DNA of 64,000 nucleotides, taken from contig CM068745.1 of assembly GCA_035084275.1 (NCBI GenBank), positions 67,518,001 through 67,582,000 of the forward strand, given 5' to 3'. The position numbers and the translations under genes were made by a program. The DNA is from Hydrolagus colliei (Eukaryota). Positions 51,401 to 64,000 of the stretch are shown piece after piece. Below the pieces are notes generated by a model. It did not search any database and was not told the DNA's origin. It saw only the letters and a program-made list of their open reading frames with translations. Each line of letters opens with the position of its first letter. Positions within the stretch are counted from its first letter, which is position 1.

Positions 51401-54400
51401 TTCTCCCCCTGATCTTGGGCACCCAGTCAATTGTACGAAGTGGTTTAAAAATAATCCTTAGTAAATGTGAATGTAAAGGTACATTTCTTAATTAACCATT
51501 TCACAATACTACAAATCCATATGAAATATATCCAAATATACTTATGTGTAAATTGTGCATAAATTTGATCCTGATCCATAGCTCAAAATTTACTTTTGGA
51601 AAACAGTCTATTAGAAGTAAGCAAATCAAGACCAATGAATTGAATAAAGTTACAATAAACGTAAATTATTATGACAATAACACTTACCCAACCCTCATTT
51701 GTGAAAGATATGTTATTTAAAAATGTATTGGATTTTGTTAAAAATGCAATAAACAGTGGTTATTGTGAAACAGTTGGTTGAAATCATGACTCAAAAGGCA
51801 TTTGAGAAGTTTATGGCTAATAATAATGAGAAAGCTCCCATTAAACTAAGTTAAAGTAGGCAAAATAATGTTAAGATTTTTACTGATCAACAGAACATTA
51901 CTAATATAGTACAATAGTTTAACAGATTTGTATGATGACTAGTGTTGTTCACTTTACTTTTGATCAATCTTAATGGCCACATTAAAGATAAACACACATA
52001 CAAATTTGCAAATTGTATAAAATTATGTGATTTTTAAAATGATGAAATAGCTATCCCACAAATTAAAACAAACCCTATCAAATTAACGTTGAAAATTAGT
52101 TTTTCTTAATGAATATTTATGTCTTGAAATGTTAATCTACAAATCTCAAAGCATGTAATAAAATCCAATGAAACAGAAACCCAGCCTGAAATGAGAATGT
52201 CCTTAACGATGACAAGATAATACAACAGGTAATTAGGAACATCCCCTACTGCCTCATCTAAAGCAACAATCCATAAAAATACAGCTGATGTCCATTTGTA
52301 GCAAGGTCAATACTGATTTGAAGTTCCCAGAGCTTTTCCTAGGCTTTTAAATTACAAGATTTATGAGCACATCCTTGTTTGAGGCATATTATAGTTGTCT
52401 CCTGGCATACCAGGAAAGGAACAGGAGCTGTCTTGACAATGTAATGTACTGCATATCAAATGTTTGCTGCGCTGAAGTGATTAAATGATGTATGCGAACC
52501 TTTCCAGAACAGTGTATTTTACTGAAGATATTATGCCATTAATATTCAGCACATAAAGTCCTGTAAAAACGTAGTCACTTAAGAGAGGGAAAACCTTGTG
52601 AGGTAACATACTGGCTCATAAAGGGGATTCACATTTCAGCCAATTTACTGAGATATGCAGATCTCCACATGCCACAATGAAAACAGCAAGTCAGTTTGCA
52701 CACTTTTAAACTTCAAGTGGTGTTCAGAAGCCAGGAATCAACATGGAAAGCACAACCTGATTAGTTTAATCCAATCTGTTTTTTCAATTGATACTTGTGG
52801 TACTAGTTTAATTAGCATTATTTAAAGTAAATTATAGCTGCATCCCTCTTGACTTTTTGAAGTATTCACGGAAAAAGAACAATTAGATGAATGCACACAG
52901 CACACAGCTTCTTTGACCTTAATGAGCAAACTGTGTTCCGTATTCACAAAATGTGTTCAGTAATATTGAGCCTTCTTTTCAGGCACTCACTTAGCAAACT
53001 AATATATAAACCAAAACGTTTCCACATGAGTGAATTTAATAGCTAATGCAGCAACTATAGAAATTGTAATAAGCAACAATTAAAGACTACATCTTAACTA
53101 TCCATCTTATCTCTGCAATGCAGAATTGCACATAAAAGTACAATCAACAACAACAAAATTACATTTGTATAGCGCCTTTCACGTCAGGAGGACGTCCCAA
53201 GGCGCCGGACAGTCATTGATTCAGACAGTCATTGAATCATTTCAAAATCAGGAAGAGTTGACACAGATTTTCAGTGTGCGAGTTTATCTTTTGGATAATT
53301 GTTGTTGTTGAACTGAATAAAAGTTTACAAGGAAAGTAAAATTACTGTAACAAAATAACTAGTTATGTTTATCAACAAACCCATTATTTTAAACTGTTGC
53401 TGTCACAAGCAGAAGATACAAGTTGACTGTTCAAGAAAATGCATTTTTTAAAAACAAAACAATAATACCATCTGTCCCCACAGTGTGCTCGAGATTTGTC
53501 AACCATCAAATTTAAAATTGTAACTTACGTCTGTAAATTACAATTTAAAATAAACAAAGAAATCAGTACAACAACTGTGCTGTAATGGGAAAGGAAACAA
53601 TTTAAATCCTAACAACAACAAACCCTAAAATAACCCAATACCAAAAACACTTTTTCAATTAGCAAATTTAAAAACATAGTTTAAGCCCAAGAGCATGCAA
53701 TAGAAAAAAGATAAAACACCGATGATAATTGCTCACAAAATACTTTTTTTTTTAAATGTTCTAATCTTTGTATTCTTCAGGCTGTATGAATATCTGTCCA
53801 CCTGTAGAATAACAGCATGACATAGTACAAATATCTGAGAAGCCTACACTCAATTTTCTTGTTTATCATGCATCCAACAAATTTACAATACAATGCTTTA
53901 TTCAAAAATGGAGTATATTTGATGCACTGATAATAAAACAATTCCTCATAATCTGCTTTACTTTAAATGATCATGCATTGTAATGTTTCAATTTTCAGCC
54001 CTCAGCATCAGGTTTGGTAAATGGATTACAAATTAGAGATGAGGAAATTGCGTTCAAAGAGAGACCCGCTGAAGAAGAATAAAACATTCCCAATTCGAGA
54101 GCACAACATTTTTTTTAACAATTATTTATCCATTTTCAAAGCATTTTTATTTTTGTTCCAAACCTGCAGTATTTTCATACATCAAATTACACAATTGTCA
54201 AATGTTTAATTTACCACTGCGATTTAATGGAAATAATCAGATTTACTTTTAAATAGCAGAAAGCCTTTTATGAAATTTGGGCAGAACTACTGTAATTACA
54301 ATAATTAAATTCTCCGAGGAGAAACTTTGGGTATTGCGGTTTCATGGATGAGAATTTTTAAATTTTACACTACAGAAAATCTGAAGTGAATCTTCCTTTC

Positions 54401-54943
54401 CTCTCTATACCCCTCACCATGTACATCCAAAAAGATGCGCGATGGGTGATGAAAAATCCTGAACATTGTCCCCTACAATCCAGTCCTCCATCCTTCCACA
54501 GTGGTGCAATCAACGTTTTAAAAGTTGCAACGAAGGTCAGCAAAATAAGTCAAATAAAACTTCGCAAAAGTCGAGAGAAACTAACCTCACGTAAAAAAGA
54601 TGAATCAGTGAAACAAGATCAAGCTCTTTCCTACAGCACGGCAATGCACAGTGCCTTGACACGCCAGTACAAAGGAAATCTAATAAACTCTTGGAATATA
54701 AATAAGTAGGTCAAATATCTACCCACTTTCGGCGGGGGGGTAAAACTAACCAACCAACTGCCGATGGTGGCAAATACAGTTGCTTAACCTTGGGAGAAAA
54801 CTCGGAATCTTTGTTTTTAAAAGATAACAAGGTTAAACCACATCACCCTCAAACACACCCACAGACAAACCCATCTGTCCGACTGGAAACCGGGGGGCAT
54901 TTTTGAAATGAATCTAAAAGCAGCCAGTCTCCATCCCGCGACT

Positions 54944-55325
54944 NNNNNNNNNNNNNNNNNNNNNNNNNNNNNNNNNNNNNNNNNNNNNNNNNNNNNNNNN
55001 NNNNNNNNNNNNNNNNNNNNNNNNNNNNNNNNNNNNNNNNNNNNNNNNNNNNNNNNNNNNNNNNNNNNNNNNNNNNNNNNNNNNNNNNNNNNNNNNNNNN
55101 NNNNNNNNNNNNNNNNNNNNNNNNNNNNNNNNNNNNNNNNNNNNNNNNNNNNNNNNNNNNNNNNNNNNNNNNNNNNNNNNNNNNNNNNNNNNNNNNNNNN
55201 NNNNNNNNNNNNNNNNNNNNNNNNNNNNNNNNNNNNNNNNNNNNNNNNNNNNNNNNNNNNNNNNNNNNNNNNNNNNNNNNNNNNNNNNNNNNNNNNNNNN
55301 NNNNNNNNNNNNNNNNNNNNNNNNN
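54944..55325. other. Assembly gap (382 N)
   Basis: Run of N at the edge of the GC-rich island. Confidence 1.
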
Positions 55326-56178
55326 AACCAGCCAAGCAACGATCCGCGGGGGAGAGGAGAGCAGAGGAAGGAGCGGGCGGAGAACACGAGAGAAACATTT
55401 CCACATACAGTGCAGTCCTATCAAACTTCCCCCCCCCCCCGTGTGTCAGGGAGGGGGCGTGCCCCCCCCCCCCCCCCCCCCCATTAACCACACAAAAAAA
55501 AACGTGGAAGAAAAAGGCGGCGGAGGCAGCAGGTGGGACTGAGAGAGAGAGAGAGAGAGCAAAAGCGCAACAGGTTTAAAACCGAGATGCTTTTCACACA
55601 CAAAAAAGTTTTCCCTCCAGGGGGAAAAACACGCACACAGACACACACGGCGGGGATGTGAGGACGGGATGGAGGAGAATTCCCTGCTCCTCACCTCGGC
55701 CACAACAAATTAATACAACTAGACACGGTGTTTCACCCACTTTCTCTCTCTCTCTCACAGACACACACACAGAGAGAGAGACAGAGACTCCCCAGCCCCA
55801 GCCCCGCTCAGCCCGGAGCTGCCTCCAATGCCATCTTGTAACTTGTTGTTGTCGCCCAGTGAGGCTCGGGGCTGGAGCCCCAAGTAAACACCGGCCCCTC
55901 GGCCACAGCCACAGCAGCTGGTGCTGGGGGAGGGAGGGAGGGGGGGAGCGGGGCCTGCGGGGAGCCCGGCTCCCGGGGCGGGGGGGGGGGAGGGGGGGGG
56001 AGGGGGCGGCCGGGGCTCCTCTCTCGGGCTCCGCGGGCGGCAGGAGCGGGGGGTCGAGCGGCCGCTGAAGCCGCCAACTCCCCGCGACCACCAGCCACGG
56101 CCTGACTGTGTCTGTCTCCCCCATCCCCTCGGCTCCCCTCCCCCCGGGCCTCCCCCCCTCACTCACTCACTCACTCAC

Positions 56179-56260
56179 CCCCCGGGTGTCAGAGCCGCTG
56201 AAGCTGCTCCTCCGCCGCTGCCGACTCTCTACTGAGCCGCCATCTTCCCGCGTCACCGCC
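56179..56260 (-). other. SCML2: Probable non-coding first exon of SCML2 (5' end approximate)
   Basis: In CpG island; contains AAGATGGCGGC and ends in GGG|GTGAGT donor at 56178-77. Confidence 0.65.
56236..56246 (-). promoter_or_regulatory. YY1 motif AAGATGGCGGC
   Basis: Exact match to the extended YY1 consensus, in the orientation typical just downstream of a TSS. Confidence 0.7.
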
Positions 56261-56275
56261 ACCTGAGCTCCTCCC

Positions 56276-56285
56276 GCGCAGGCGC
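56276..56285. promoter_or_regulatory. NRF1-like motif GCGCAGGCGC
   Basis: Matches GCGCANGCGC, about 30 bp upstream of the YY1 site. Confidence 0.55.
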
Positions 56286-56300
56286 CCTGACTCCCTCCAC

Positions 56301-59300
56301 CACAGTCACCAGCCCCCCAGCCTCACAGTAACCAGCCTAGTAACCAGCCCCAGCCTCACAGTAACCAGCCTAGTAACCAGCCTAGTAACCAGCCCCAGCC
56401 TCACAGTAACCAGCCTAGTAACCAGCCCCAGCCTCACAGTAACCAGCCTAGTAACCAGCCCAGCCTCACAGTAACCAGCCTAGTAACCAGCCCAGCCTCA
56501 CAGTAACCAGCCTAGTAACCAGCCCAGCCTCACAGTAACCAGCCTAGTAACCAGCCCAGCCTCACAGTAACCAGCCTAGTAACCAGCCCAGCCTCACAGT
56601 AACCAGCCTAGTAACCAGCCCCAGCCTCACAGTAACCAGCCTAGTAACCAGCCCAGCCTCACAGTAACCAGCCTAGTAACCAGCCCAGCCTCACAGTAAC
56701 CAGCCTAGTAACCAGCCCAGCCTCACAGTAACCAGCCCAGCCTCACAGTAACCAGCCCAGCCTCACAGTAACCAGCCTAGTAACCAGCCCCAGCCTCACA
56801 GTAACCAGCCCAGCCTCACAGTAACCAGCCTAGTAACCAGCCCCAGCCTCACAGTAACCAGCCTAGTAACCAGCCCAGCCTCACAGTAACCAGCCTAGTA
56901 ACCAGCCCAGCCTCACAGTAACCAGCCTAGTAACCAGCCCAGCCTCACAGTAACCAGCCCAGCCTCACAGTAACCAGCCCAGCCTCACAGTAACCAGCCT
57001 AGTAACCAGCCCCAGCCTCACAGTAACCAGCCTAGTAACCAGCCCCAGCCTCACAGTAACCAGCCTAGTAACCAGCCCAGCCTCACAGTAACCAGCCTAG
57101 TAACCAGCCCCAGCCTCACAGTAACCAGCCTAGTAACCAGCCCCAGCCTCACAGTAACCAGCCTAGTAACCAGCCCAGCCTCACAGTAACCAGCCTAGTA
57201 ACCAGCCCAGCCTCACAGTAACCAGCCCAGCCTCACAGTAACCAGCCTAGTAACCAGCCCCAGCCTCACAGTAACCAGCCCAGCCTTACAGTAACCAGCC
57301 CAGCCTCACAGTAACCAGCCTAGTAACCAGCCCAGCCTCACAGTAACCAGCCCAGCCTCACAGTAACCAGCCCAGCCTCACAGTAACCAGCCTAGTAACC
57401 AGCCCCAGCCTCACAGTAACCAGCCTAGTAACCAGCCCAGCCTCACAGTAACCAGCCCAGCCTCACAGTAACCAGCCTAGTAACCAGCCCAGCCTCACAG
57501 TAACCAGCCTAGTAACCAGCCCAGCCTCACAGTAACCAGCCCAGCCTCACAGTAACCAGCCCCAGCCTCACAGTAACCAGCCTAGTAACCAGCCCAGCCT
57601 CACAGTAACCAGCCCAGCCTCACAGTAACCAGCCTAGTAACCAGCCCAGCCTCACAGTAACCAGCCTAGTAACCAGCCCAGCCTCACAGTAACCAGCCCA
57701 GCCTCACAGTAACCAGCCTAGTAACCAGCCCAGCCTCACAGTAACCAGCCTAGTAACCAGCCCAGCCTCACAGTAACCAGCCTAGTAACCAGCCCAGCCT
57801 CACAGTAACCAGCCTAGTAACCAGCCCAGCCTCACAGTAACCAGCCCAGCCTCACAGTAACCAGCCTAGTAACCAGCCCAGCCTCACAGTAACCAGCCTA
57901 GTAACCAGCCCAGCCTCACAGTAACCAGCCCAGCCTCACAGTAACCAGCCCAGCCTCACAGTAACCAGCCCCAGCCTCACAGTAACCAGCCTAGTAACCA
58001 GCCCAGCCTCACAGTAACCAGCCCAGCCTCACAGTAACCAGCCTAGTAACCAGCCCAGCCTCACAGTAACCAGCCTAGTAACCAGCCCAGCCTCACAGTA
58101 ACCAGCCCAGCCTCACAGTAACCAGCCTAGTAACCAGCCCAGCCTCACAGTAACCAGCCTAGTAACCAGCCCAGCCTCACAGTAACCAGCCTAGTAACCA
58201 GCCCAGCCTCACAGTAACCAGCCCAGCCTCACAGTAACCAGCCTAGTAACCAGCCCAGCCTCACAGTAACCAGCCTAGTAACCAGCCCAGCCTCACAGTA
58301 ACCAGCCTAGTAACCAGCCCAGCCTCACAGTAACCAGCCCAGCCTCACAGTAACCAGCCCAGCCTCACAGTAACCAGCCCCAGCCTCACAGTAACCAGCC
58401 TAGTAACCAGCCCAGCCTCACAGTAACCAGCCCAGCCTCACAGTAACCAGCCTAGTAACCAGCCCCAGCCTCACAGTAACCAGCCTAGTAACCAGCCCCA
58501 GCCTCACAGTAACCAGCCTAGTAACCAGCCCCAGCCTCACAGTAACCAGCCTAGTAACCAGCCCCAGCCTCATAGTAACCAGCCCAGCCTCACAGTAACC
58601 AGCCTAGTAACCAGCCCAGCCTCACAGTAACCAGCCTAGTAACCAGCCCCAGCCTCACAGTAACCAGCCTAGTAACCAGCCCCAGCCTCACAGTAACCAG
58701 CCTAGTAACCAGCCCAGCCTCACAGTAACCAGCCCAGCCTCACAGTAACCAGCCCAGCCTCACAGTAACCAGCCCAGCCTCACAGTAACCAGCCCAGCCT
58801 CACAGTAACCAGCCCAGCCTCACAGTAACCAGCCTAGTAACCAGCCCCAGCCTCACAGTAACCAGCCTAGTAACCAGCCCAGCCTCACAGTAACCAGCCT
58901 AGTAACCAGCCCCAGCCTCACAGTAACCAGCCTAGTAACCAGCCCAGCCTCACAGTAACCAGCCTAGTAACCAGCCCAGCCTCACAGTAACCAGCCCAGC
59001 CTCACAGTAATCAGCCCAGCCTCGCAGTAACCAGCCTAGTAACCAGCCCCAGCCTCACAGTAACCAGCCCAGCCTCACAGTAACCAGCCCAGCCTCACAT
59101 TAACCAGCCTAGTAACCAGCCCAGCCTCACAGTAACCAGCCTAGTAACCAGCCCCAGCCTCACAGTAACCAGCCCCAGCCTCACAGTAACCAGCCTAGTA
59201 ACCAGCCCCAGCCTCACAGTAACCAGCCTAGTAACCAGCCCCAGCCTCACAGTAACCAGTCCCAGCCTCATAGCAGCCCCAGAGTAACAGTAACCAGCCT

Positions 59301-59490
59301 AGTAACCAACCACAGCCTCACAGTAGCAGTAAGCAGCTTCACAGTAACTAACCACAGCCTCACAGTAACCAGCTCCAGAGTAACAGTAACCAGTCTCACA
59401 GTAACCAGCCGCGGTGACATAGCCTCACAGTAACCAGTCCCAGAGTAACAGTAACCAGTCTCACAAAAACTAGTAACCAGCCTGATAGCC
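56301..59490. repeat. Compound minisatellite built from CAGCC(C), CAGCCTCACAGTAAC and optional CAGCCTAGTAAC modules (20/21/32/33-bp units)
   Basis: Directly visible; highly homogeneous to ~59270, degenerate 59270-59490. Confidence 0.98.
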
Positions 59491-59714
59491 AACCAACAAT
59501 AACAACAAAATTACATTTATAGAGCACTTTTCAGGTCGGGAGGATGTCCCAAGACGCTGCACAGTTACAAATCTAGCTCAGCACAGACAGTGCAAAGTAA
59601 CAAGCCCATCTTAGTAACAAGCCTGCCGTCTTAATACAGATTCGTTTTTGTGTTAATGGTCAGGTAATTTTTTTCAATTGTGATCTATTTATTTTATTTC
59701 ACAATAAATGAGTT

Positions 59715-59855
59715 ACTTCAATCCACGACTGCTGTGCGCAATTGGCTAACGCATTTTGTCCACAAAATATACTTTACAGCATATCTTGTGAAACACTTTG
59801 AAAAGTCTAGAAAATGTGAAAAGTGCTATGTCAATTGCAAGGATTATTATTATTA
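59715..59855 (+). mobile_element. Same SINE family, 3' part
   Basis: tccacgactgctgtgcgcaattggct...tgcaaggattattattatt. Confidence 0.8.
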
Positions 59856-60312
59856 CACCCAAGCAAACATTGAAAAATGGTTAAAATTGATTTCAGTATG
59901 CATAAAAAGCAAAATATATTTAATGTTTAAATGTTCTTTAAACCTCAAATTTAAACCTACAATGCTGAGTTTTACATTAATTTATGAAACATTCAAATTT
60001 TCATTGGCTAATATATTATATGAATACATTATAATAATTCTTCCATTTGATATATCTCTGACCGCATAATGTAAAAATGCCTTGAAACACTTGTAGTTAT
60101 TATTTGTTTAAATGCAGAAACATTTGGGGGCATAACAGTATATTGCACTTTTAGTTGATGTGAAATTTAAGAATTAGGAAAATGGTACAATATTTGAATT
60201 AATATGCATATTGGAACCAATATCTCTTAAATAAATTTATTCCACATAATATATTTATTTGCTGCCATCATTTGTTCCTTATACCTGTGTATCAGCCCGA
60301 TTCAGTTTGTAG

Positions 60313-60585
60313 CAACAATTAAACTTGTATAGCGCCTTTAATGTCAGGAGGACGTCCCAAGGTGCTGGACAGTCACTGCTTCAGACCTGAACTGAGGACG
60401 GGGCAGGGGGGGGGAAGGAGGGGATTAGGAGTTGCCGATGGATCCATCGAAAAGGAGAGTCTTGAGGCAAGACTTGAAGGAGGCCAGTGATGGGGCGAGG
60501 GGAGGGACTGCGGGATGGAGTTCCAGAGATTGGGGGCAGTGGCTAAAGGCTTGCCTGCCAATGTTGGGGCAGGAGATGTGGAGCA
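60313..60585 (-). mobile_element. L2 3' end
   Basis: APNLWNSIPQS..SFKSCLKTLLFD; tail. Confidence 0.85.
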
Positions 60586-60599
60586 CTTTCCTCTCTGAG

Positions 60600-60937
60600 A
60601 AATTCATTGGTTTAAGCTCCCACCAGAACTTGAAACTCAGATCATCAGTGAAGGTGTGCTGCATTGTTGTAAGTACCATTTTTCATTTCAGACATTAAAC
60701 CAAGGTCCAGTCTGTGCAATCCCATAGCACAATTTGAAAAGAGAAGTGTTTCTCCCCATGTCTTCTTCGTCAACAATCCCCGAGATAAAATTGATTATAG
60801 CTGTTTGTGGGGCATTGCTGAGCACAAATTGTCACTATGTTTGCTCACAAAGCATATGGTCACTACAGTATATCCTGTGAGGTGTTTTGAGATGTCCTCC
60901 CGCTTAAAAGGCGTTATACCGAATGTAAGAATTATTG
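60600..60937 (+). mobile_element. Old DeuSINE
   Basis: gctgcattg..agacattaaaccaaggtcc..cccatagcacaatttgaaaagag..; tail gagatgtcc..aaaaggcgttata..tgtaag. Confidence 0.65.
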
Positions 60938-61339
60938 TCCCATCAGGTGAGTCAATAAGCTCTCTGCCAGTTCACTTAATAATGTTAATGCACCCAGAAC
61001 TAAACAAAAACTAAGCAGAAAAATAAACAATGATATATCAAAGTATCAATGTGATAAAAAAAATTATAACGGCTACTTCTACTTATATTGTTGCAAAGCA
61101 ATGTACATAACCATAACTTGTGCTTGAGTTTTTTTTAGATGACCAGTACATTGAATTCTGAAATACAAAGCCTTTCTAAAGATTGTACGTAATTGAATTG
61201 CACACCTCAACCATGGAAGGAAAAGCATTTTTGGATTAATGTGGCTTGTTGTTTTCTTACGGCGGAAATATAGCATGTTGCTTCTGAAAAATAATCTAAT
61301 GACTGGAAGATTATGGACTTAATTTCCCCATTACCCCAA

Positions 61340-61755
61340 TTCCTTTGCTAGCCTCCACTGGCTCCCTGTCCCCGAGAGGATCAATTTCAAGATCCTCATC
61401 CTTGTCTTCAAATCCTTCCCTCCCTCCTCTGCACCCTCCCAGCTCTCTGACTTCCTCTCTCTTCAAACCAGCAGCCGTTGCCTTCGCCCCACCGGGTCTG
61501 GTCCCCGAATCCACTGCTCCACACTCAGCGGCTGTGCCTTCAGCCACTATGCCCCAAGGCTCTGGAATTCCCTTCCTCACTCCCTTCGCCTTGCCCCCTT
61601 TTTCAGGTCCCAGCTGAAGACTTTTCTCTTCGACCACACCTTTGATCACCTTATTTCTACCTCTGCCCTTGGCTTGGTCCCGGAATCCGCTATTGTGAAG
61701 TGCTAGGAGATGCCGTCCAGCGTGGAGGGAGCTATATAAATCAAAGTTGTTGTTG
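61340..61755 (+). mobile_element. L2 3' fragment (different subfamily)
   Basis: LASLHWLPV..RINFKILILVFKSF; ends gctatataaatcaaagttgttgttg. Confidence 0.8.
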
Positions 61756-62849
61756 TATTATATTCTTCAAGCAAACATTTTCTTGTCAGAGTAGAATAGG
61801 ATGTAGCAGTTTAGTAACTGGATAGTTTAATGTCAGCTGTTAGTATATTTGCACAAATATCCCTTAAGGAAAAGGAAACTACTATTGTTTTTAAATCCTG
61901 TATACATTTATTATTTCTAGTAGAATTGCTGATTTGTCAACATTGTATTTCAATAAATGCCACACTGCACCTTTTATATCACACAGTGTAACATAGTGGA
62001 AAGCACAGTAAAACCCCCAACATATTCCAATACATTCGATTGGCAGTGTTTATATTATTAGATATCCTCAGGCACATGCCCGTCGGTCGAGTTTTTGATG
62101 ATTTTACTATCTCTGAATCAATTGAAATACATATTACTAAAAAAAATTCAATAATCCACATGATGCATTATTTGACTGTATAGAAACCACTAGATATAAA
62201 ATTAGCACAAAAGGCTAGAGCACATCATTGTAAATTTGGATCCAGAGTTCAAGTGCATTTGAGAACATTAAATTTTAACAAAAATATTGTGAATAATTTA
62301 CATTCAAATGATGAATAATTCTGGAATCAATTATAGATAGTAGGTGATGCCAAAGGTTTCTAGAACATTTCTATACAAAATTTAGTTTTTATCATCACCA
62401 AATTGATGACGGTAATGTTTCAAATTAGAAATTGACTTTATAATTGATTAATAATCCATTTGACTGAGGTATGAGAACAAATAATTGGATCACTTATAAG
62501 GTAGGATTTTTATTTCAAACATATGCCCACAAGAAATACCCTTTGATGAAATAGCTGATATTTTTAGATGATTTGATTTTGTGTTTGTTTTTACCCTCTT
62601 ATGCTGGATGAAATATGACATTATTTTCAGAAAATGCAAGATTGTATCATAGCACAGAAAAGATCGATGTCTGCAAAAGAAACATTTACTTACAGATATT
62701 ATTTGAATGGAAGTTGTCATCTAATTCACCATCTGCCGGTAATTGAAGCCGTTTGAAGCTATTTGGTGCTATTTGTTGGTGTCTCAAGCCAGTCAGGAAC
62801 CTAGGTCTCTTGTTTCACTATCAACTGTCTTTCCTCCTGCACATCCAAG

Positions 62850-63541
62850 CAATGACTCGCTTTGCCTTTCCCCACCTCTGCAACATTGCCCGACTGCGCT
62901 AGTACCTCACCTCCAAAGCCGTTGAAACCCTCAACCATGCCTTCATTACATCCTAGCTCGAATATGCAAATGCCTTCCTGGTCGGCCTTCCACAGGCTGC
63001 AGATAATCCAGAACTCTGCAGTCTATGTCCTTTACCGTTCCAATTCCCATCTTCCCCATCCTTGCCCAACTCCATTGGCTTCCCATCATCCAGAGGATCC
63101 AATTCAAGATTCTGGTCCTCACATTTAAAGCTCTCCACAACCTCTCCCCACCCTACATCCGTGACCTCCTATCCCCTTACCAACCTACCACCCCCTCCGC
63201 TCAGCAGGCTCTGGCCTGTTTCACGTCCCTCGACCCACCCGCCCAACCATTAGCAGGAGAGCCTTCAGCCATTCTGCCCCCAACCTCTAGAACTCCATCC
63301 CAAAGTCCCTCCACCTTGCCCCCTCCATGGCCTCCTTCAAGTCTTGCCTCAAGACTCTCTTTGATGGGCGCATCGACAACTCCTTATCTCCCCCTTCCCT
63401 CTCCCCCACATCACCCCCCCCCCCCCCCACCCACCCCCACCCCCATCCTCAGCTTGGGTCTGAAGCAGTAACTTTCCAGCTCCTCGGGATGTCCTCCTGA
63501 CATGAAAGGCGCTATACAAATGTAATTTTGTTGTTGTTGTC
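62850..63541 (+). mobile_element. L2 3' fragment
   Basis: ORF 63025-63471 LAQLHWLPIIQRIQFKILVLTFKALHNL; full tail. Confidence 0.92.
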
Positions 63542-64000
63542 GTCATTTACTTGGCAATCGGAGAAGCACCAACATAGATCGCTGATAGAGAGAGAAGCAA
63601 TTCTTAGTCTGACAATATGGGACTATTAGGTGAGCAGGCATAATCAGATGGGTTGTAGAGCGAGTCTTCTGTTAAATGCCCTGCAAGAGAAATTCCAGTG
63701 ATGAAATCATTAAAGAGTAAAAGGAGGTATAGTCTCCTCCTGACATGAAAGGCATTCTATAAATGTAATTTTGTATAGAATGGAAGAATAAGAAAGGTAC
63801 TGTATTATGATAAATTCAGGAAAATAAATGGATAATTCTACCAACCCTGATCTAGGTCAACAGGAACAATTTAATAGAATTCTCAACAAAAAAATTGTAA
63901 TCGTTGAATTTCTGAAGAGTACATTCTCAGCACCATCCTTGCTTCAGAAGTTTTTATTGAGAAATTTGTTAAGAAAAATGACATTGGATCCAATGACATT

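Larger units (their letters stand above)
55326..56290. promoter_or_regulatory. CpG island promoter of SCML2
   Basis: Very GC/CpG-rich with G-tracts, in an otherwise AT-rich CpG-poor window; upstream of the first coding exon in gene orientation. Confidence 0.85.

Noticed and set aside
54817-55579. Long ORFs of 157-224 aa
   Set aside because: Artefacts of reading through the 382-N gap.
55446-56235. Several Pro/Gly/Arg-rich ORFs on both strands
   Set aside because: Expected from stop-poor GC-rich CpG-island DNA; no domain similarity recognised.
56301-59490. CRISPR-like array or repetitive protein (VTRLVTVRL...)
   Set aside because: No unique spacers and no cas genes in a eukaryotic context; 20- and 32-bp units shift frame constantly, and ORF 59268-59492 is just translated repeat.
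59500-64000. Divergent neighbouring gene (e.g. CDKL5, adjacent to SCML2 in human)
   Set aside because: No recognisable exon or second CpG island; only repeats and AT-rich DNA.

Overview
Vertebrate nuclear DNA, most likely a cartilaginous fish (inferred from the CR1/L2/Penelope/DeuSINE repeat repertoire; not verified). One protein-coding gene occupies about 56 kb on the minus strand: an Scm-family Polycomb gene that best matches SCML2. I reconstructed 11 coding exons by hand (42456->3175; 1633 nt, ~544 aa). All have GT-AG ends and consistent phases, and they encode MBT1, MBT2, the basic RBR and the SLED domain; the SAM domain must lie left of the window. A non-coding first exon sits in a CpG island at ~55.3-56.3 kb with YY1 and NRF1 motifs. 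A ~3.2 kb modular minisatellite abuts this promoter directly. Introns and flank contain a near-full-length decayed L2, many L2 and CR1 3' fragments, a tRNA-headed SINE family, older DeuSINEs, several Tigger/pogo-type TA-flanked MITEs, a Penelope fragment and a DIRS-like relic. No prokaryotic-type system (CRISPR etc.) is present, and I found no clearly new biological system. Best leads: (1) the promoter-abutting array full of RFX X-box-like motifs; (2) a candidate intronic promoter that would give an MBT-less, SCML4-like isoform; (3) a SINE/L2 3' stem-loop with a compensatory base-pair change; (4) a MITE with two outward-facing transposase starts; (5) a perfect fold-back at the 5' end of a CR1. 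Exon coordinates are hand-derived, repeat boundaries are approximate, and comparisons to known proteins and repeats are from memory, not database searches.
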